DNA from: Candidatus Saccharimonadales bacterium
Lineage (GTDB): Bacteria; Patescibacteriota; Saccharimonadia; Saccharimonadales; OMJO01
Assembly (NCBI GenBank): GCA_038216175.1
Contig: JBBQQG010000003.1
Location: 450 to 64,449, forward strand
Reading direction: 5' to 3'
DNA length: 64,000 bases
The notes under the pieces are model-generated. The model ran no database searches, was not told the DNA's origin, and was given only the letters and a program-made list of their open reading frames with translations. Shown one piece after another: positions 28,477 to 40,019 of the stretch; position 1 is the first letter of the stretch; every line of letters starts with the position of its first letter. Made by a program: the position numbers and the translations under genes.

Positions 28477-29901
28477 ATGGATGGATCTCGATTAAAAAAT
28501 AGATCGTATAACGATTATACCCCTCCAGGATACCGTCCTATCAAAACTACAAAGCCGGTTGAACAAATTCAGAAATCAGATGACGCAGAATTATTCTCTA
28601 ATATTTCTCGCCCAAAAGTAAAGCGAAAAAGATCTAAAAAACTGCTCCTGATTTTTTCTACGTTAATTTTAATAATAATATTAGTTCCATCATCGGCATA
28701 TGGATATTACTGGTATAAACACCATAATCAAGTTGGTGGAGCTCGCTCTCCGTTTGAATTCGTTAAAGGTACTCCTAATCCGCCCGGTGATTTCGTGCCA
28801 GGCGTAGGCAATGTTGGAGCTCAAACAACTACTACAACCAGTAAATCACTTAGATTAGTTGCAACTGGCGATATGATACCTCACAGCGCAATATTACAAG
28901 CTGCAAATAGCGGGGGAAAATATAATTTTGATCCGATGCTGTCTAATATGAAGCAGTATTTCACAAAATCAGATGTACGATTTTGCAATCAAGCCACACC
29001 AGCCGGAGGACCGGCATTTGGAATAACCGGTTATCCGGTATTTAATGCGCCTCTAGAATGGCCAAGAGCACTCGAAAATGTAGGATGCAATCTTATAAAT
29101 CTAGGAACAAATCACACTAACGATAAAGGCCAGCCTTTAATCGACGCCACTGCTGCTGCTTGGGATAACAGACCAAATATACTTGCGTCAGCCGGCGCTA
29201 ACCGATCGGCTGATGAACAAACGAAAGTACATTACTTTACGGTTAAGAATATCAAGTTCGCATTTTTAACTTATACTACATATACCAATAACAAATCGGT
29301 TTCGCCTTATGGTATAAATACATACTCAGACGGATTGGTTACTGCTCAAATGCAAGAAGCTAGAACAAAAGCAGATTTTGTGATTGTCAGCATGAGATGG
29401 GGAACTGAGTATTCTGCCGATATTAATCCTGAGCAAGATAAAGATGCCCAACAGTTATCTGATTTGGGCGCTGACGTTATTATCGGGAGTGGTCCTCACT
29501 TCCTAGAACCGGTGAAGAAACTAAAATCGAAAGACGGTCGAGATACATTAGCATGGTTTTCGATAGGTAATTTTTTAAACGCGCAGCTAGAAACAGAATC
29601 GTTAATTGGTGGTTTCGCAACAATGGATATCAATCTTTCGAGTAAAAAGATTACTAGTATTGGCTTTATGCCTGTATATATGCACTATGAGTGGACGCCG
29701 GCTCAAGCGAAAGCGCAGGATCTGTTAGCTAGGCATAATTTTTCAATGTATCCTTTAGACGAAGCTGCCGCGCAAATGGCTAATTCCCAGATAAATACAA
29801 CTGTTGATACGCAACATGCCAGGGTAAACGATCTACTTAACAAATACACTGCCGTACCGATACTTACCGGGAAAGCATTTCTTGACTCTTCACCCGACTA
29901 G
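28477..29901 (+). CDS. CapA-family (PGA_cap) metallophosphoesterase, membrane anchored
   Basis: ATGDMIPH, LGTNHTND, MRWGTEY, GSGPH, SIGNF. Confidence 0.85.
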   Translation: MDGSRLKNRSYNDYTPPGYRPIKTTKPVEQIQKSDDAELFSNISRPKVKRKRSKKLLLIFSTLILIIILVPSSAYGYYWYKHHNQVGGARSPFEFVKGTPNPPGDFVPGVGNVGAQTTTTTSKSLRLVATGDMIPHSAILQAANSGGKYNFDPMLSNMKQYFTKSDVRFCNQATPAGGPAFGITGYPVFNAPLEWPRALENVGCNLINLGTNHTNDKGQPLIDATAAAWDNRPNILASAGANRSADEQTKVHYFTVKNIKFAFLTYTTYTNNKSVSPYGINTYSDGLVTAQMQEARTKADFVIVSMRWGTEYSADINPEQDKDAQQLSDLGADVIIGSGPHFLEPVKKLKSKDGRDTLAWFSIGNFLNAQLETESLIGGFATMDINLSSKKITSIGFMPVYMHYEWTPAQAKAQDLLARHNFSMYPLDEAAAQMANSQINTTVDTQHARVNDLLNKYTAVPILTGKAFLDSSPD

Positions 29902-29904
29902 TAG

Positions 29905-30669
29905 CTAATTTAAACCAAAAAATTCTTCCATTGTCAGCCCATTTTTATGAAGCTCAGCTGCTAAATCGGTTCCGACATATCTTAAATGCCACGGCTCATA
30001 TTCATATGTTGTGATTGTTTCCTTACCTTGGGTATATCTAATAATAAAACCATACTCATAAGCATGCGTGGCCAACCAGATGCCTTCCGGTGTAGATCCA
30101 AAACATTGATCAAGTTCACACTTATGGTCGACTCTTCCGACATCTAGCGCAAATCCAGTTTGGTGTTCGCTAGTCCCAGGTATAGCACTATATTTATCGG
30201 CAGCCGTTTGGCCGTCTTTTGCTACGTATCCGTCATATAGCTGTTTTTGATAAGCTACCGATCTGTAGCCACTAGCCAGCATTAATTTATATCCCTGCAC
30301 ACTTGCTGCATCAAACATCTGTTTTAGTGGTCCAGCAATGGTCGACGATAAATGCATCTGCTCGGCGCTTTTATCCAAGCGTAGTGCTACGTCAGGCACT
30401 ATTAAATTATTTGGGACATAATTACTTGGCAACGGCCGTTTTTTATTTACTATCCACCAAATACTGCCAGGGGAGTCTATCGAATATTTTGTTTTATCAA
30501 ACGAAGCTGGCTTTACGGTTGTGATGACACTGCTACTTTTTGGAATAGCAGGGGCAAGAGTTTTTTTCTTGAAAATTAATATTGATCCGGCGCCAACAAT
30601 AATAACAAAAGCAACTAAACTATAAAATATTTTCACAATATTTATTATAGCTGAGCTGGGAGTTAACAC
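29905..30669 (-). CDS. M15B (VanY/LdcB-like) peptidoglycan carboxypeptidase
   Basis: SGYRS, PGTSEHQTGFALD, YEPWHLRYVG; N-terminal TM. Confidence 0.9.
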   Translation of the reverse strand: MLTPSSAIINIVKIFYSLVAFVIIVGAGSILIFKKKTLAPAIPKSSSVITTVKPASFDKTKYSIDSPGSIWWIVNKKRPLPSNYVPNNLIVPDVALRLDKSAEQMHLSSTIAGPLKQMFDAASVQGYKLMLASGYRSVAYQKQLYDGYVAKDGQTAADKYSAIPGTSEHQTGFALDVGRVDHKCELDQCFGSTPEGIWLATHAYEYGFIIRYTQGKETITTYEYEPWHLRYVGTDLAAELHKNGLTMEEFFGLN

Positions 30670-30685
30670 GAGTACAATATAATTA

Positions 30686-31900
30686 ATGATCAGAATAATA
30701 TCCGGGAAAAGACTGATGTTATTTTGCGTTTTAATAGCCGCCGCCGCTATAACTCTTCTTGGATATTATTACTACGGCTTTCATAGTAAACCCCATTCTA
30801 TACAAATGAAGGCGAGCATCAATAATGTCAGCCCGGTACCTAAAAACAATTACATTTCAGTTGAGGGGCGGTATCTTCTAAACGGTACTATTACATGGGC
30901 CAGAGCAGTTGAGAAAGACGCCAGAAACAAAGATGGATCTTATAATTACGACCAGCCGTTTAGCCAACTTGATAGTTTTAACCGTTCAGCATATGATGCC
31001 TGGTCTACGGATTTTGAATGCCCGATCACTAACAACATCGTACCTTATCAGACACAGGTCGATAATTTAATATTCAATTGCCGCCCAGAGTTTTTACCAT
31101 TTGCCGCCAAGTATTTTAACCTTTATGATCTGGCGAACAACCATACAGATAATCAGGGCGGTCAAATTGGCTTAACCGAAACTAGACAACATCTTGATAA
31201 AACCCCTGGAGTACAATATTTTGGTAGTTTTGACCCCAGCGTATTGAAAGATATATGCGAAGTAATATCTTTACCAATTAGGATTCAAAAAAGCGATAAT
31301 ACTGAATTAAATTCAGCACTGCCTGTGGCATTTTGTGCATGGCACTACTTTTATAGAAAGCCACTCCCCAGTGAAATCGAAACAATGCAACGCTATGCGA
31401 AAATTATGCCAGTCTTCGCGTTTGTCGAAATGGGTGTCGAATATCATTCAACTGCCGATAGTACACAAGTAGATATTGCGCACAAAATAATTGATCAGGG
31501 ACCGGAGTTTCTGATAGCCAATAATCCACACTGGGTTCAAAATACAGAGGTTTATAAAAATAAATTGATAGTTTATTCGACTGGTAATTTTATATTCGAT
31601 CAGATCGATAAAGAAACTAAGCGTAGCGCCAGTATCGATGTCAAAGCAACTTTAAAATATGACGATAACATAGCAAAATGGATAGCGCTGGCACCGAGTT
31701 GCACTTCGTTTCATGATACTTGTCTTGAACAAGCCGAATCACAGGGATTAACCAAACCGACAATCCATCTCAGTTTTGCTGTTGTCGCAGGCGAAGGTGG
31801 GGCAGGTAAAATTACTCATAAAGCAGACGCGCTGACTCAGACTGAGGTTGAACAGCGTTTAAACTGGGCAGATTCTATGAATAAGTTAAACCAGCCTTAA
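30686..31900 (+). CDS. CapA-family protein (divergent second copy)
   Basis: DFECP, LANNHTDN, MGVEY, NNPHWVQ, YSTGNFIFDQ. Confidence 0.8.
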   Translation: MIRIISGKRLMLFCVLIAAAAITLLGYYYYGFHSKPHSIQMKASINNVSPVPKNNYISVEGRYLLNGTITWARAVEKDARNKDGSYNYDQPFSQLDSFNRSAYDAWSTDFECPITNNIVPYQTQVDNLIFNCRPEFLPFAAKYFNLYDLANNHTDNQGGQIGLTETRQHLDKTPGVQYFGSFDPSVLKDICEVISLPIRIQKSDNTELNSALPVAFCAWHYFYRKPLPSEIETMQRYAKIMPVFAFVEMGVEYHSTADSTQVDIAHKIIDQGPEFLIANNPHWVQNTEVYKNKLIVYSTGNFIFDQIDKETKRSASIDVKATLKYDDNIAKWIALAPSCTSFHDTCLEQAESQGLTKPTIHLSFAVVAGEGGAGKITHKADALTQTEVEQRLNWADSMNKLNQP

Positions 31901-31931
31901 TCTTTGTCGAGCTGAGGTATACTAACTAATA

Positions 31932-32486
31932 ATGACAGAATCTGATAAAAATATAGTCCCAACTAAACTGTTGTGGGTAGACCTCGAAATGACAGGTCTT
32001 GAGCCCGATAAAGACGTTATATTAGAAATAGCAGCCGAGATTACTGATTTTAACTTTAAAACACTAGATAGCTACGAAGCAAGAATCAAGCATGATCCCG
32101 AGCTGATTGCGCAGCGTATGCAAAAAAATATCTGGTGGCGTGACTATCCCGCAAATCGCGACGAGTTTCTAAATAAATTAGATCAGGGAATAGCTATTAC
32201 TGAAGCAGAGCAGGAGATGGTAGAATTTGTATCAAAAAATTTCGGACAAGAACCCGCGATTTTATCAGGTAACTCGATTCATAATGACAGGTTGTTTATT
32301 AAGCAATGGATGCCAGCGTTTGATCTCAAACTACATTACCGAATGCTCGACGTTTCATCTTGGAAAATCATTATGATGGCAAAATATGGAGTAAATTTTG
32401 AAAAAAAAGGAGCTCATCGAGCATTTGATGACATTCAGGCTAGTATCGCCGAACTTCAGCATTATATTGAATGGTTTAAATCGTAG
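31932..32486 (+). CDS. orn: Oligoribonuclease
   Basis: WVDLEMTGL, GNSIHNDR, HYRMLDVSS, HRAFDDI. Confidence 0.92.
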   Translation: MTESDKNIVPTKLLWVDLEMTGLEPDKDVILEIAAEITDFNFKTLDSYEARIKHDPELIAQRMQKNIWWRDYPANRDEFLNKLDQGIAITEAEQEMVEFVSKNFGQEPAILSGNSIHNDRLFIKQWMPAFDLKLHYRMLDVSSWKIIMMAKYGVNFEKKGAHRAFDDIQASIAELQHYIEWFKS

Positions 32487-32490
32487 TTAA

Positions 32491-32835
32491 ATGGATCATC
32501 GAACTGTTGAAGATTATGTGCTAAGTATGCCTAATGCCATTTTAGAATACCCGTTTGGCGAGGATGTTGCAGTCTATAAGACCGACAATAAAATGTTCGC
32601 TTTAATAGCAGAAAAATCTAATCCAGTTAGAATCAGCCTAAAATGTGATCCTCTTTTAGCAAGCATTTTAAGGCAAAAATATGAAACTGTTATGGCTGGC
32701 TACCATTTAAATAAGAAGCATTGGAATACGATAATACTCAGTGGTCAGTTGCCTTGGGATGAAATTCAGGGACTAATTAGACATAGCTATGACCTTGTAA
32801 TGGGGAATAAAAACGCTGTGCCAACCGTAAAATAA
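32491..32835 (+). CDS. MmcQ/YjbR family protein
   Basis: YPFG, KMFAL, LKCDP, GYHLNKKHWNT. Confidence 0.9.
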   Translation: MDHRTVEDYVLSMPNAILEYPFGEDVAVYKTDNKMFALIAEKSNPVRISLKCDPLLASILRQKYETVMAGYHLNKKHWNTIILSGQLPWDEIQGLIRHSYDLVMGNKNAVPTVK

Positions 32836-32842
32836 CCAAAAA

Positions 32843-33538
32843 TTATTGTTGATTTGACAGAATTTTCCCTACGTTTTGCAAAGATGAAACTAGGGCTAAT
32901 TTGGTCTTTGTTGAATTCGTTTCATCGTATGCTTTCTTAACCGCCGTTTGATATGAGCCTAGTGATCCGATCAATGTTTGGTTAAAGACATCGTCGAAAT
33001 TGTTATCTTGGTCAGCCAGTGTAAGTTTGGCATCTGTAGAGGTATTTTTTCCTAGCACCAACTGACTTTTACTTACGTCGATACCTGATTTTTTCATTGC
33101 GACAAGTAGCGGTGCTTGATCAGATAAGATGCTAAGCTCAGCTGTCAGAGCAAGATTTTTCGTCGATTTATCCCGGGCTTTGGTGTATCCAATATTTGTT
33201 ACTCTTATTATTTCAGTTTGTTTTTGTGCCACAACTAGCAGATCATCCGAAGCGGATTTCCCAGAACTACCGAGAAGCGATAAGATGATCGATCCAGCCA
33301 CAAATATAATTATTATAATTACTACAACAATAATAATTCGCTGTTTTGTTGAATTGCCGCTTGGCAAAAAGCTTTTCGACTTCTTCGGTTTGTCTAATAA
33401 AAAGTCGTATGGATTTAAACCAGGATTATTGGGCGAATGCATTGGCGGTGGAGCCGGAGGATATTGATTTGGCTGCATAAGCATAATGGTACAGCTTAAA
33501 TATATTAGCGTAAAGAGATATATAAAATACAAAATCAA
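32843..33538 (-). CDS. Single-TM hypothetical protein (true start probably about 33478)
   Basis: Pro-rich N-terminus, NPYDFL, TM, helical ectodomain. Confidence 0.65.
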   Translation of the reverse strand: MILYFIYLFTLIYLSCTIMLMQPNQYPPAPPPMHSPNNPGLNPYDFLLDKPKKSKSFLPSGNSTKQRIIIVVVIIIIIFVAGSIILSLLGSSGKSASDDLLVVAQKQTEIIRVTNIGYTKARDKSTKNLALTAELSILSDQAPLLVAMKKSGIDVSKSQLVLGKNTSTDAKLTLADQDNNFDDVFNQTLIGSLGSYQTAVKKAYDETNSTKTKLALVSSLQNVGKILSNQQ

Positions 33539-33590
33539 ACTAAGTGTAAGGTTTTAATAATTAGTGCTGTCACAGTTATACTGATGACAT

Positions 33591-35333
33591 ATGGACGCAG
33601 TTGAGGATACAAAAGCCAGACTTTCGGTCGAGGATGTTATCGGAGAATATATCCAGCTAAAACGTGCCGGCAGCAATTACAGAGGACTTAGTCCTTTTTC
33701 AAATGAAAAAACTCCTAGTCTAATGGTTAGCCCTCAAAAACAGATATGGCATGATTTTAGCAGCGGCAAAGGTGGCAACATGTTCAGCTTCGTTATGGAA
33801 GTAGAAGGATTAGAATTTAAAGCTGCTTTGGAGCTACTAGCTAGAAAAGCAGGTATCGATTTAAGTAAATATCAGACTAGTAGAAACGCAAAGAATTCTC
33901 AAGATAAAGAACGGCTATTTTCAGCAAATGATTTGGCTGCTAAATTCTATCAGGCACATTTTTCAAAAAATCAGGATGCTATAGATTATATTTTTAAAAA
34001 TCGCCGATTCTCTAAAGACATGGCTTTAACTTTCCGACTTGGTTATTCTCCGCAAAGCGGCAGTGCGCTTAACAATTTTATGAAAAAAAATGGATATTCG
34101 GAGAAAGAATTAAAACATGCGGGTTTGCTATCTCAAAATTATAAATCCGGAGACATGTTTCGCGGTCGTATAATGGTGCCGCTTATGGATGTCCAGGGGA
34201 GAGTAATCGGATTTACGGCTCGCATTCTCTTTAGCGATCCAAATGCTCCAAAATATATTAATACTCCGCAGACGTTAATTTACGATAAAAGTCGCCATGT
34301 CTTCGGCCTAAATCTTGCTAAAGAAGGTATTCGTAAGGCTAAATTTACAGTTGTAGTAGAGGGAAACCTAGATGTCATTGCAAGCCATCAGGTTGGCATT
34401 TCTCAGGTAGTAGCGACTGCCGGGACCGCTCTTACAGAAATGCATCTAAAAGCTTTAAGTCGCTTTACCAGCGATGTTAGACTAGCATTCGATCAGGATG
34501 CAGCTGGAATAGCTGCTACCGAAAGAGCAATACCAATAGCTTATAAAACCGGGGTTAACTTAAGTATTATTGATATTCCAACCGGGAAAGATCCCGATGA
34601 ACTTATTAAAAAAGACCCCTCGCTATGGGAACAGGCAATTAACAATCATATCGACGCCCAAGACTGGTTGATTTCGCAATATGAAGAAAGGGCAGACCTT
34701 AGCAGTTTTGCTGGCCGCGATCAGTTTAAGCAAGCAGTACTCGCTTCAGTAAAACGCCTGGAAAGTGCTGGAGAGCAGGGGCTATACGCTAAAAAAGTGG
34801 CCAATATTCTCGGCTATAGCGAAGAAGCTGTCAAAGACGAACTTAGACTATTAAAAGAAGGTAGAAGCACATATAAAATTGCTCGTAAAATCGAGCCGAG
34901 CATTGATAAATCTCGTTTGGAAATAAAAAAAGCCCAGGACCATTTAATGGCTATCTGTCTAGTAAACCAGCCGCTTAGGTATTATCTAAACCATATAATG
35001 CCTGATATGCTATCAGATAACCACGCCCGATCACTGCTTAAGTTTTTAATCGAAAATCCTGATTATAGTTTCGATAGAGGCACCAGTCAGGAATTGCAAA
35101 CTATTGCCGATTATGTTAACATACTTAGTCTACAGTATGAAGAACTTTATCAGGACCTCGGGTTATTAGAGCTTCGTAACGAAGCTTCCCGGTTGCAGGT
35201 ACGTCTGATAGAAAGATATGTCAAAACTAAAAAGAAATTAATAACAGAAGCTCTGAAAACAACTACTGAAACTAAGACTGATGAGCTGTTAAAAGAGGCA
35301 AGAGCCCTCGATGAACTATTAAAGACTCACTAA
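33591..35333 (+). CDS. dnaG: DNA primase
   Basis: [43 protein letters not shown]; Zn-finger Cys residues replaced. Confidence 0.96.
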   Translation: MDAVEDTKARLSVEDVIGEYIQLKRAGSNYRGLSPFSNEKTPSLMVSPQKQIWHDFSSGKGGNMFSFVMEVEGLEFKAALELLARKAGIDLSKYQTSRNAKNSQDKERLFSANDLAAKFYQAHFSKNQDAIDYIFKNRRFSKDMALTFRLGYSPQSGSALNNFMKKNGYSEKELKHAGLLSQNYKSGDMFRGRIMVPLMDVQGRVIGFTARILFSDPNAPKYINTPQTLIYDKSRHVFGLNLAKEGIRKAKFTVVVEGNLDVIASHQVGISQVVATAGTALTEMHLKALSRFTSDVRLAFDQDAAGIAATERAIPIAYKTGVNLSIIDIPTGKDPDELIKKDPSLWEQAINNHIDAQDWLISQYEERADLSSFAGRDQFKQAVLASVKRLESAGEQGLYAKKVANILGYSEEAVKDELRLLKEGRSTYKIARKIEPSIDKSRLEIKKAQDHLMAICLVNQPLRYYLNHIMPDMLSDNHARSLLKFLIENPDYSFDRGTSQELQTIADYVNILSLQYEELYQDLGLLELRNEASRLQVRLIERYVKTKKKLITEALKTTTETKTDELLKEARALDELLKTH

Positions 35334-35343
35334 AGGAGATTTT

Positions 35344-36477
35344 ATGGCAGAAGATGAAGTAGCAACACATGATGACCCGACAATTGACCCGGCTGTTTTA
35401 CAAGCTAAAACCGATATTGTCGCAAAAGCAAAAAAAGACGGCAAAGTCGATCAGCGAGATATTTTCTTAGCGATTCCCGACACACCGGAAAATATTGATA
35501 TTTTGGACCAGCTTTATACCGAACTTGCCGATGCAAGTATAGAAATATCCAGTACTACTGAGCCGACGGCAGAAGTATTCTCAGACGCCTGGGTAGCCGA
35601 AGATGAAGAAGAGGCAGTAGTTGAAACGCCGGTATATTTAGATGATATTTCAGATGACTCAGTCAGGCTTTACTTACGTGAAATCGGAAAAATTCCTCTT
35701 TTAAACGCCCAAGAAGAACTTGCACTCGCTCAGAGAGTTGTTGCTGGCGACAGAGACGCTAAAGATAAAATGGCAGAAGCTAACATGAGGTTAGTAGTAT
35801 CGATTGCAAAGCGATATGTTGGTAGGGGTTTGGATCTGCTCGACTTGATTCAAGAAGGTAATACTGGTCTGCTTAGGGCCGTTGAAAAATTTGATCCGGA
35901 CAAAGGATTTAAATTTTCAACATATGCGACTTGGTGGATAAGACAGGCAATTACACGTGCAATTGCAGATCAGGCCAGAACAATTAGAATCCCAGTTCAT
36001 ATGGTTGAAACTATAAATAAGCTATTAAGAACCCAGCGCAGACTAACCCAGGAACTAAATCGTGAACCATCTAATGAAGAAATAGCTAAGGCTATGGAAA
36101 TAGATGTTGAAAAAGTAGAACACATAATGAAAATCAAGCAGGATATTTCTAGTTTAGATGCTAGCGTCCGTGATGACGAAGAAGATTCAGTTCTTGCAGA
36201 TTTTATAGAGGATGAGGACACTATCAGCCCGGAAGAATCAGCAACTGGGCAACTTCTAAAAGAGCACGTAAAAGATATGCTCGGCGCATTGACCGAAAGA
36301 GAACAAAAAATTCTAAAGCTTCGTTTTGGCCTAGAAGACGGTAAAAGCCATACTCTAGAAGAAGTTGGCCAAGAATTTAGCGTTACTCGAGAACGAATCC
36401 GACAGATTGAAGCTAAAGCACTTGCAAAGCTTAGAAAACACAAAGACGCCAAAAAATTACACGACTATATAAAATAA
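35344..36477 (+). CDS. rpoD: Primary RNA polymerase sigma factor
   Basis: [44 protein letters not shown]. Confidence 0.98.
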   Translation: MAEDEVATHDDPTIDPAVLQAKTDIVAKAKKDGKVDQRDIFLAIPDTPENIDILDQLYTELADASIEISSTTEPTAEVFSDAWVAEDEEEAVVETPVYLDDISDDSVRLYLREIGKIPLLNAQEELALAQRVVAGDRDAKDKMAEANMRLVVSIAKRYVGRGLDLLDLIQEGNTGLLRAVEKFDPDKGFKFSTYATWWIRQAITRAIADQARTIRIPVHMVETINKLLRTQRRLTQELNREPSNEEIAKAMEIDVEKVEHIMKIKQDISSLDASVRDDEEDSVLADFIEDEDTISPEESATGQLLKEHVKDMLGALTEREQKILKLRFGLEDGKSHTLEEVGQEFSVTRERIRQIEAKALAKLRKHKDAKKLHDYIK

Positions 36478-36488
36478 TAGCTGGGAAA

Positions 36489-37055
36489 TTATAGTCCTAT
36501 TTGCTTAAGTATTTGATCTAATTTTACTTTTAAGTTTTCAGCTGTGCCATCATTGATTATCGTATAGTCGGCATAGGCGATTGGACCGCCTTTTTCTAAG
36601 TTCTCAATTTCAGCAATTTCTCTGTCGATTAATTGATCTAAAGTATAGCGCCTATGACTGTCTTTTCTATCTAAAACTCTTTGCCTGCGTATATTTTTAG
36701 GCGCAGCTATAGCGATTACTGTCATGTTTTTAGAATATATTCCATCAAGGTATTTATATTCGCTCCAGCTATAAAGGCCGTCAAGTAAAGTTACTTTACT
36801 GCCTTTTTGAAAGTATTCGTTCGCTTTATTTACAGCGTGGACTGCCATAACAGCCGGTCCTTCTTGACGTCGCATATCTTCTCTAACTTCAACTTCATGT
36901 TTGATATTATCTAAGCCTCTTTTTTTGACTTCTTCGTATACCATATTGCCGAAATGCACTATCGGCCAGTCGTATTTTTGATTAAGAAAATCTGTGCATG
37001 TGCCTTTACCTGAGCCGGGCATACCGACGAATGCAATTACTTTTTTGTCGTCCAT
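36489..37055 (-). CDS. P-loop nucleotide kinase (UPF0200/archaeal dephospho-CoA kinase-like)
   Basis: GMPGSGKGT, DGLYSWSE, IAYADYTIIND. Confidence 0.75.
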   Translation of the reverse strand: MDDKKVIAFVGMPGSGKGTCTDFLNQKYDWPIVHFGNMVYEEVKKRGLDNIKHEVEVREDMRRQEGPAVMAVHAVNKANEYFQKGSKVTLLDGLYSWSEYKYLDGIYSKNMTVIAIAAPKNIRRQRVLDRKDSHRRYTLDQLIDREIAEIENLEKGGPIAYADYTIINDGTAENLKVKLDQILKQIGL

Positions 37056-37097
37056 GGGGCATAGCTTAACAGATAAAAAATGTAATTCACAATTATT

Positions 37098-39905
37098 TTA
37101 TTTAGTTTCGCCGATAAGGTTTAAAACGTGTTCACGGGTATTAAATGTATTCGCATGGCGCTGGAGCTCTCTTATAAATACGAATAGTGCGGCTGCGCCT
37201 ATCGCAAATAGCCAATCGGTTAATGATAACGGACCAGCCCCGAAATACGGCGCGACAATCGGGCTATAGATTATTACACCAACGCAAAACAAAGATGCGA
37301 TTAAAGCTATGCCTAGCTGTTTGTTATGGAATTGATATTTCGTAAATAAACCTTTTGAACTTCTTCTTTGGAGTATATTAATCAACTGACAAAGTACGAT
37401 AGTTAAGTATGTCAGGGCGGTTGCCTTACTATGGATCAATGAATTGCTGCTAATTGAACTAATCGATACTCCATGACGCCAAAAGAATAAGATATAATTT
37501 ACAAACGCAAAAAAACCAATTAAAAATCCACACCACAGGATATCTGGTATCGATCGATTATTGAGAATATGATCACGCGGGTTTCGAGGCATGTCGTTCA
37601 TTACTTCACTATCAGCTTGATCCCAGCCGAGGGCTGCAATCGGGAACAATTCGGCAATTAAGTCTATTGCTAGAATTTCCATTACGCTCAGTGCAAGCGG
37701 AACACCTAAAGCTATTACCGCAGCCAAGCTTGTTAGCGTAACGACTAGTTCAGCAGCATTTCCAGTAAATACGCACAGTGCCGCTTTTTTAATATTTTGA
37801 AATATTACCCGTCCTTGTTGGATAGCACCAACCAAAGTATCAAAACTGTCGTCTAGTAGAATAATCTCAGCTGATTGTTTAGCGACATCGGTTCCGGTTT
37901 TACCCATAGCCACCCCTATATCAGCTCTTTTTAGTGCCGGAGCATCGTTTATGCCATCGCCAGTTACAGCAACGACAGTGCCACTGTCTTTTACGATACC
38001 GACTATCCTCAGCTTGTCTTCTGGACTAACACGGCTGAAAATGATACCTCCGTGTCTAACCAGCTGTAATATTCTGGCGTCATCTAGCTCGCGAAGCTCT
38101 TCGCCGCTGACTACAATAATATCTTGCTGCTTTTCTGCCAAGCCGGCTTTAACAGCTATTGCTCTGGCAGTCGGTGCAAAATCGCCAGTTACGATTGATA
38201 CTTTAATATGTGCATCGCGGGTAGCTTGCATTGCTTTTGCTACATCGCTTCTTACCGGATCGATCATGCTGACAAGACCAAGAAGTGTCATTCCTTTTTC
38301 TACGTTTTCCATCTTTAATTTTTTAATGTCAGTCCCCGATGGGAGCACCTTATAGGCAAATGCTAAATTTCTCATTGCATCAGCCGCCCACACACTATTT
38401 TGGTTGGAGATGTTTTGTCGGTCAGTACTATTTATCTGCCTAATATGGCCATGGTCCCAAATATCAGTAGATTTTTCCAAAACGCTTTCAGGCGCACCTT
38501 TCATAAATACATATATCTGCCCATGCGCACCATATTTTCTGATTGAACTCATTCTTTTCCTGGCTGAGTCAAAAGCGAACTCCCTTATTTCGGGGAAGTG
38601 ATCGCTAATAGCTTTAGTTTTAATGCCTGCTTTGTTAGCAAGGGTAACTAGTGATCCCTCAGTCGGATCACCTAGGCAGTACCAGTTAGCATGCTCACTA
38701 TCTGGCGGGCTGATTTCTGCATTAGATGCAAATACTCCAGTAATAAAGAAAAGTTCCAAGTTTTTTAATTCCTCGGCGTTTAATTTTTTAGAACCATCAA
38801 GAACTGTACCGTTAGACTCATATCCGGTTCCGGAAATCTGATAGATTTTTTTGCCGATTAAAATTGTTTCGACGGTCATCTGATTTTTAGTCAGAGTACC
38901 GGTTTTATCGGTACAAATTACGCTGGTTGATCCAAGAGTTTCTACAGCCGATAGTTTTTTAACGAGTGCCCTTGTACTTGCAAGTTTGTTTGCTGCTTGG
39001 GCAAGTGCAGTGTTAATTTCAGCAGGCAGACCCTGGGGAATGATAGAACTAGCAATACCGATCGCAAACAGCAGCGCTATTTTAAAAGGCTGATGGCCGT
39101 AGCGCATAGAAATTGGAAGTAATATCGCGCATAAAATAATAGTACCTTGGGTAACTCTTCCGGCAATATGGTTCATTTCTTTCTGAAGTGGACTGCTCTC
39201 TGTAGATGTCTGAGCACTCAAGCTCGCGATGCGTCCTAGTTCAGTTTGCATACCAGTAGCTATTACGACGCCGTGGCCCTGTCCAGAAGCCACTGTAGTA
39301 CCCATAAATAATAAGTTGTGACGATTAGACAGTTCGACATTTGCTTCAATAGCATGCGTAAATTTTCGACTTGGGTTGCTTTCTCCGGTCAAAGCAAAAT
39401 CGTTGGTTGCCAATTCGGTTTCTGTAATCAGCCTAAGATCTGCCGGTATACTGTCACCAGCTTCTATATAGACTATATCCCCGAGCACTAATTCAGTTGA
39501 ACTGACTTCTTTAATTTTATTATCTCGGATCACTCTTGCGACAGGAACTACCAGTCTTTCCAAACTTTCCATAAGTCGCTCAGCCTTATACTCCTGAGAA
39601 AATCCAATCAATGTATTAAAAAGTACAAGTATTGTTAATACTAGCGCCGTTCTGACATCACTAGTTACTAATGATAATATTGCACAGCCGATCAGCAACA
39701 AAATCATCAAATCTTTGAACTGGCGTAAATATTTATGCAACCAAGATTCTTTATGTACAGCTACAAGCTGATTGAACCCATTTTTTGTCAGACGACCAGC
39801 CGCTGCCTTATCATCAAGACCGCTTTCGTTTGATTCTAACTCTTCTAAAACCTTCTGGATATCAAGCCTGTAATAGGCAAGCTGTTTTTGTTCGCCACCG
39901 CTCAT
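37098..39905 (-). CDS. P-type cation-transporting ATPase (type II, Ca2+-like)
   Basis: TGES, DKTGTLT, KGAPE, TGDGINDAPAL; PQGL in place of PEGL. Confidence 0.93.
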   Translation of the reverse strand: MSGGEQKQLAYYRLDIQKVLEELESNESGLDDKAAAGRLTKNGFNQLVAVHKESWLHKYLRQFKDLMILLLIGCAILSLVTSDVRTALVLTILVLFNTLIGFSQEYKAERLMESLERLVVPVARVIRDNKIKEVSSTELVLGDIVYIEAGDSIPADLRLITETELATNDFALTGESNPSRKFTHAIEANVELSNRHNLLFMGTTVASGQGHGVVIATGMQTELGRIASLSAQTSTESSPLQKEMNHIAGRVTQGTIILCAILLPISMRYGHQPFKIALLFAIGIASSIIPQGLPAEINTALAQAANKLASTRALVKKLSAVETLGSTSVICTDKTGTLTKNQMTVETILIGKKIYQISGTGYESNGTVLDGSKKLNAEELKNLELFFITGVFASNAEISPPDSEHANWYCLGDPTEGSLVTLANKAGIKTKAISDHFPEIREFAFDSARKRMSSIRKYGAHGQIYVFMKGAPESVLEKSTDIWDHGHIRQINSTDRQNISNQNSVWAADAMRNLAFAYKVLPSGTDIKKLKMENVEKGMTLLGLVSMIDPVRSDVAKAMQATRDAHIKVSIVTGDFAPTARAIAVKAGLAEKQQDIIVVSGEELRELDDARILQLVRHGGIIFSRVSPEDKLRIVGIVKDSGTVVAVTGDGINDAPALKRADIGVAMGKTGTDVAKQSAEIILLDDSFDTLVGAIQQGRVIFQNIKKAALCVFTGNAAELVVTLTSLAAVIALGVPLALSVMEILAIDLIAELFPIAALGWDQADSEVMNDMPRNPRDHILNNRSIPDILWCGFLIGFFAFVNYILFFWRHGVSISSISSNSLIHSKATALTYLTIVLCQLINILQRRSSKGLFTKYQFHNKQLGIALIASLFCVGVIIYSPIVAPYFGAGPLSLTDWLFAIGAAALFVFIRELQRHANTFNTREHVLNLIGETK

Positions 39906-40019
39906 TAATATAGAGTATAGCACCGAGCAAAGTTAGGGTGTATTTATCTGTCATTAAAGTTAACAAGATCAGCAAAGATGTTTAAAGCTTAAATAACAGA
40001 TAGCGTATACTTAATAAAT

